Positions 16,173 to 20,000 of a stretch of DNA of 20,000 nucleotides are shown here, piece by piece. The stretch is from an uncultured virus (IMG/VR IMGVR_UViG_3300033074_001205) (lineage: Duplodnaviria > Heunggongvirae > Uroviricota > Caudoviricetes): the IMG/VR virus record IMGVR_UViG_3300033074_001205. One strand, 5' to 3'. Positions within the stretch are counted from its first letter, which is position 1. Each line of letters starts with the position of its first letter. A program made the position numbers and the translations under genes. The notes beneath the pieces were generated by a model. The model saw nothing but the letters and a program-made list of their open reading frames with translations, was not told the DNA's origin and searched no databases.

Positions 16173-16197
16173 AGCTAATGTATTAATTTGTGTAGGT

Positions 16198-16467
16198 TTA
16201 TTTAGAAGGAATCTTAACCTTCAATATTGCTTGTTCTATATTGTCAAGCTTTTGTAATAGCTCTTTATAACCCTCTTGATTAGGCTGTCTAGTGCTTACT
16301 CTAGCATATCCTTTTAAGGCTTGTTGTAGTGTCCCATAGTAACCAACATTTGATTCAACAACCTCACCAACATTCTTTGACTTTTCCCCTTTTATTTTTA
16401 GCTCAAATAATATATAATTATTTTCGTCAGAGCAAATCCCATAAGTATCATCTATCATTATTTTCAT
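16198..16467 (-). CDS. Small phage protein, DUF5405-like (89 aa)
   Basis: I.SD..NYIL.E.K...GE......GYY.TL.QAL pattern; AAACAAGGAAATTAAAATG leader. Family assignment is from memory. Confidence 0.65.
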   Translation of the reverse strand: MKIMIDDTYGICSDENNYILFELKIKGEKSKNVGEVVESNVGYYGTLQQALKGYARVSTRQPNQEGYKELLQKLDNIEQAILKVKIPSK

Positions 16468-16498
16468 TTTAATTTCCTTGTTTTATATTTTAATTAAA

Positions 16499-16529
16499 TT
16501 CCCAGAAAAAGTATCACATTTTCTGGGAA
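16499..16529 (-). terminator. 11-bp hairpin TTCCCAGAAAA/TTTTCTGGGAA
   Basis: Intergenic, downstream of the 16546 stop, followed by TTTAATT. Confidence 0.6.
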
Positions 16530-16545
16530 AAGTCTTTAGTTAAAT

Positions 16546-16905
16546 CTAACTGTGATGTCCATGGATTGGGCAATCTAACCTAATTGTTCTTCTATACCCC
16601 CAATCATCACGATTGTCTAACGAGTCTGCATTACATAGACACATATCTAACCGACTCCAATATCTATGGTGCATTTGGCTTCTACCAAACCCCCATAACT
16701 CTTGTAGCTTAAATTCTAGCTGTTCAATCTCATCAGCAATCCTTCTATTCTCTTCAACTGAAAGTGTTGCATTACCTTCTTCTATAAGTTCTTCAAGCTT
16801 ATCATACAAAGTACATAATTCAAGCTGTGAGCTAAGAGATACACCATTTCTTGCTATAAGATTTTGGTTTAGATGCTCTGGTTGGAATTTTGTTTTAGTT
16901 TTCAT
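16546..16905 (-). CDS. Conserved phage hypothetical protein, probable Zn-binding C-terminus
   Basis: LQELWGF...HRYW...CLC...DN.D..G...CPIHG; ATG at 16905 overlaps the upstream gene end (ORF track uses TTG 16917). Confidence 0.8.
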   Translation of the reverse strand: MKTKTKFQPEHLNQNLIARNGVSLSSQLELCTLYDKLEELIEEGNATLSVEENRRIADEIEQLEFKLQELWGFGRSQMHHRYWSRLDMCLCNADSLDNRDDWGYRRTIRLDCPIHGHHS

Positions 16906-17320
16906 AATTTTCTTCAACCAAATTACTAATATATTCTATATGATTCTCAACAAAATCTAAACTACAATCCTCTGGCAAAGTCTCGCCTAAATATTTTAAG
17001 CCGTAGTTTGCCCCCTTTTTACACATAGTAAAATATCCAGAAAGGTTTAATAAATCACAACCACCTAATAAGATAACATCAGAAACATTTGATAGGAACA
17101 TCGATGATGTTAAGGTATTATCCTCATTTGTGAAGTCTGCTGTTGCTGAGCTCCTTCCTCTTGAAAATCCTTCAAACTTAAATGTATCTTTAAATATAAA
17201 GTTTTTATAAGGTGAAGGATTCGACCTATAATCATAACTATCTAAACTATAATGTTGATAATAGTTACAATAAGATATTGGTATAGTACCTTGGTATAAT
17301 TTTTCTTTTTTAGTTTTCAT
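16895..17320 (-). CDS. Conserved phage hypothetical protein (RGRSS...MF...KKGANYG motif)
   Basis: ORF track; abuts the kinase stop codon; AAGGA RBS. Confidence 0.8.
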   Translation of the reverse strand: MKTKKEKLYQGTIPISYCNYYQHYSLDSYDYRSNPSPYKNFIFKDTFKFEGFSRGRSSATADFTNEDNTLTSSMFLSNVSDVILLGGCDLLNLSGYFTMCKKGANYGLKYLGETLPEDCSLDFVENHIEYISNLVEENYEN

Positions 17321-17887
17321 TTATTTTTCCTTTTGAAATTTTATAAAAGAATCTAAGTCTTTTATTTGTTGAAGCAAAAACTCTTCATCCTTATAATTAT
17401 AAATAAAATATTCACAATGTTTATTTATTAACTTTTCATCAAAATCTTTAGCATCTTGTAAACATCTACGCTCCCACTCTAACTCACAGAAAGAGCCCCG
17501 TTCAATAGCTCTTTGCTTTCTTATTTGCTCAGGCACTTCAACATAAACTATGATGGAGTCTTTGATGTGTTCTTTTAGCTTAATAGCACCTTCTAAATCC
17601 TTGATGCAAACTTTGTCACCCTTTTTGTCAAGCTCTTTTAGGGAAGTTCCATACCACCACTTTTGTGTAATTCCTTCAAATATTGTATCATAGCTTCTTG
17701 TTTCTAGCATCATTATATCATTAAATTCTGCCTCAGTTATAAAGTGATAATCTTTATGATTTACTTCATTTACCCTTTTAGGTCTTGTGCTATGGGATAC
17801 TATAGGTTTATAGTTGAACATCTTTGTTAGAATGTTTTTTACTTTGTCTTTTCCAGAGCCACTCATTCCTGTCAATAATATTGTCAT
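17321..17887 (-). CDS. gmk: Guanylate kinase-like NMP kinase
   Basis: P-loop GMSGSGKD; GMP-binding motif SHSTRPKR.NEV...DYHFI and YGT. Confidence 0.9.
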   Translation of the reverse strand: MTILLTGMSGSGKDKVKNILTKMFNYKPIVSHSTRPKRVNEVNHKDYHFITEAEFNDIMMLETRSYDTIFEGITQKWWYGTSLKELDKKGDKVCIKDLEGAIKLKEHIKDSIIVYVEVPEQIRKQRAIERGSFCELEWERRCLQDAKDFDEKLINKHCEYFIYNYKDEEFLLQQIKDLDSFIKFQKEK

Positions 17888-19306
17888 TTATTTCTTCTCC
17901 CCATTATTTTTATTCTCTTTTGAAACCTCATTTAAAAGTTCATCTAAAGTACAAACATCACCCGTTGGAATGAAATCCATAACCTCATATTCTGCACTAC
18001 ATATATAAGAAGTTTCACCTTTGTTATTTCTATTCTTATCTACTGAAACAGCAATACAGCCCATCTTTTTAAGTTCTTGTGTTCTACATAAAATAATGCT
18101 CATATCACAAGTAGTTCTTAAATGTTTACAGTATTTACTATATCTTAAACCTGATGCTGACTTTTCATTCTCGGGTTGAGACACAATGATGCCATTTGTG
18201 GCAGTTAATAGGAGTAATTCCTTAAACTCTCTACCAAACTTTGACATCTGTTGTTCTTTATTTGCATAAGCATCTTTGAAGGCAACCTCAGCTAATAAAT
18301 CTATTGAAATTAAATCTAAAGTATCTCCATAATTCCTAACCATATTTAAAATATCTTCATCTGTTGGGAGCTCTTCAATAGGTAACCCTTGCGATTTTCT
18401 TCTGATAAATTCCCCGGCATCATTTGCAGCCATAATTTTAAAATAATTACTTCTAACTTTATATTCACTAAAGTCATAATTTTCATCTTTTAATAAATGT
18501 TTATATGCTTTATCTAAAGTAATTTCTCTCTCTAATACTACCTCAGAGGCTAATACTTTTAGTCTACCCTCATCTGTTAAATAATTATTATCAACAATTT
18601 CGGTATAAGGGGTCTTAGAGATGTAAGCCTTAACTCTAGCTAATACCTGCGACTTAGCCATTTCATTTGATATGTATATCACATTTTTACCAGACAAATA
18701 TGTTTCAACATTTGATATAATTGTAGTCAATGACTTCCCACTGCCCGTAGAACCCAAAAGAAGGATTAAACTTCCTCTAGGAGTTTTATTAATAGCTGGG
18801 AAATCATAATCATTAAACAGCCCTGTAGAGATAAATTCTAGTTTTGTTGAAACATTCTTTACATCAACTTTAATATCTTCAGCTAAGAAATTATTCCCAC
18901 CTAAGCTTAATGACGAAATTTCAGCAATTTCTTTTGAAAGCTTCTCAACCAAAACCATGTTCTCTTCAATTATAGCAGTACTAGACCTCTTAATCAAATC
19001 TCTTAATTTATCTGACTTATATTCCGATAAGAACAACTCGCCAACTTCCTCAGCACTCATCTCAATATCTTTAATTTTACTAACAACATATAAAATATCT
19101 CCAATACGATTGCTCTGTTCTATGTCTTCGCCAAGCTTTGAGCTATATTGTATTAAAAAATCTAAGCTCGGTGTTTGATTATTCTTTCGTTTAAACATTT
19201 CCACTTTTAAAATTATTTGGGCATAATCTTTGGTGAAATATTTTGTTAGCTCTTGTGGTAACTTTCCATCAAGATATAGTTTTAATGCACTTTGGTTTAT
19301 ATTCAT
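17888..19306 (-). CDS. Replicative DnaB-like (SF4) helicase
   Basis: Walker A GSLILLLGSTGSGKS, H1a ISNEM, Walker B LISID, IVSQ, arginine finger KNR. Confidence 0.9.
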   Translation of the reverse strand: MNINQSALKLYLDGKLPQELTKYFTKDYAQIILKVEMFKRKNNQTPSLDFLIQYSSKLGEDIEQSNRIGDILYVVSKIKDIEMSAEEVGELFLSEYKSDKLRDLIKRSSTAIIEENMVLVEKLSKEIAEISSLSLGGNNFLAEDIKVDVKNVSTKLEFISTGLFNDYDFPAINKTPRGSLILLLGSTGSGKSLTTIISNVETYLSGKNVIYISNEMAKSQVLARVKAYISKTPYTEIVDNNYLTDEGRLKVLASEVVLEREITLDKAYKHLLKDENYDFSEYKVRSNYFKIMAANDAGEFIRRKSQGLPIEELPTDEDILNMVRNYGDTLDLISIDLLAEVAFKDAYANKEQQMSKFGREFKELLLLTATNGIIVSQPENEKSASGLRYSKYCKHLRTTCDMSIILCRTQELKKMGCIAVSVDKNRNNKGETSYICSAEYEVMDFIPTGDVCTLDELLNEVSKENKNNGEKK

Positions 19307-19338
19307 TTCAATCCTTTTATTTAATCTTATCCAAACTT

Positions 19339-19362
19339 TTTGAGAAGGTTTCCCCTCTCAAA
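19339..19362 (-). terminator. GNRA-tetraloop hairpin TTTGAGAGGG-GAAA-CCTTCTCAAA
   Basis: 10-bp stem (one G-U) directly after the 19363 stop; no U-tract on the minus strand. Confidence 0.55.
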
Positions 19363-19710
19363 TTATAATCCTAATGACTTAATATAACCACTTTGTAACT
19401 CTTCAAAATAACTCTTAGAAATATCTGAATGACGACTCATAGCATTTAATGTGTTATTTAATACATCAACAATTAATGCAACTTTCTTATACATAACTTC
19501 TTTTGTGATTAAATCAGCTTCCTTTTCCAGCCAAGTTTCATCTTCCATTTTTAATCTTGCAACTACTTTATCCATAGCTTCTCGTGATGAAGGATTTGCT
19601 TCTTTAAAAGTATTATATTCAACTACCTCTTTCTGATTAATCCAAAGCTTAGCATCTTTTAACTCAGTCTCTAACTCTATCTTTTGTTCTATTAGTTTAA
19701 TATTTATCAT
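19363..19710 (-). CDS. Coiled-coil protein (115 aa), possibly UvsY-like recombination mediator
   Basis: ATG at 19710 has an AAGGA RBS (the ORF-track TTG at 19740 abuts the promoter -10). All-helical; weak by-eye similarity to the T4 UvsY C-terminus. Confidence 0.55.
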   Translation of the reverse strand: MINIKLIEQKIELETELKDAKLWINQKEVVEYNTFKEANPSSREAMDKVVARLKMEDETWLEKEADLITKEVMYKKVALIVDVLNNTLNAMSRHSDISKSYFEELQSGYIKSLGL

Positions 19711-19740
19711 CTTATTTTCCTTATGTAATTTCTTGTACAA

Positions 19741-19773
19741 ATTCTACCAAAGCATTGCTTCAATATACCTTAA
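19741..19773 (-). promoter_or_regulatory. Putative promoter TTAAGGTATATTGAAG-N11-TAGAAT
   Basis: Conserved spacing; spacer CAATGCTTTGG nearly identical to TAATGCTTTGT at 9025-9035. Confidence 0.75.
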
Positions 19774-19779
19774 TCAACT

Positions 19780-20000
19780 CTATTTAAACCAATTCCACCA
19801 AACATTGCTTCTAGCTTTGTTATCAGATACCTTCTTCCTAACACCTGTATTACTCTTAATAAAGTTTCCTGCATTAACTCTTCTAACTCTTTCTGCTAGA
19901 AAATCTTTTTGTAACTCTTCCAGCATTCCACTTTTTAATAATACTGTGATATATCTTTTGCTCTTTAATATTAAGTTAGTTTTGTAATAAATACTATCAA
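19780..20000 (-). CDS. C-terminal part of a basic hypothetical protein (partial; ...KKVSDNKARSNVWWNWFK)
   Basis: Open minus-strand frame from the window edge to TAG at 19780-19782. Confidence 0.65.
   Translation of the reverse strand, partial: DSIYYKTNLILKSKRYITVLLKSGMLEELQKDFLAERVRRVNAGNFIKSNTGVRKKVSDNKARSNVWWNWFK

Noticed and set aside
16510..16543. Promoter with GATACT -10 in the loop of the 16499-16529 hairpin
   Set aside because: Upstream element matches poorly and is off-register; kept only as a hairpin.
13681..19987. Remaining + strand ORFs (13681, 14356, 14969, 15452, 16613, 17814, 18957, 19451, 19733)
   Set aside because: All lie antisense to well-supported minus-strand genes.
1..20000. 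Stop-codon reassignment, tRNA or rRNA genes
   Set aside because: Long genes are uninterrupted in code 11 and TAA, TGA and TAG all end genes; no cloverleaf or rRNA-like sequence seen.

Overview
AT-rich segment of a large lytic dsDNA phage. Essentially all genes are on the minus strand and many are translationally coupled. It is the replication/recombination module: DnaB-like helicase, guanylate kinase, family A DNA polymerase with a degenerate UDG-like N-terminus, flap-type 5'-3' exonuclease, an SbcD/SbcC (Mre11/Rad50-like) pair, two paralogous free-standing Zn-finger/HNH/AP2 endonucleases and an HTH-fused metallophosphoesterase running off the left edge. Seven intergenic sites share a TTAA-N6-TTTAAG-N11-TAnAAT-type promoter architecture, which suggests a Campylobacterota host (inference). 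Most unusual: (i) several apparent pseudo-enzymes (a T4-ligase-like protein lacking KxDG at the expected position; one clear and one possible Walker-dead DnaC/IstB-like AAA+ protein); (ii) those two AAA+-like genes lie either side of a promoter-driven, ORF-less, hairpin- and repeat-containing, strongly strand-biased element that looks like an origin or ncRNA; (iii) a small gene bracketed by 40-bp direct repeats beside a 24-bp inverted repeat upstream of the polymerase; (iv) a separately promoted 662-aa YfaP-like + 128-aa gene pair of unknown function. All homology calls are by-eye motif recognition; no searches were run.
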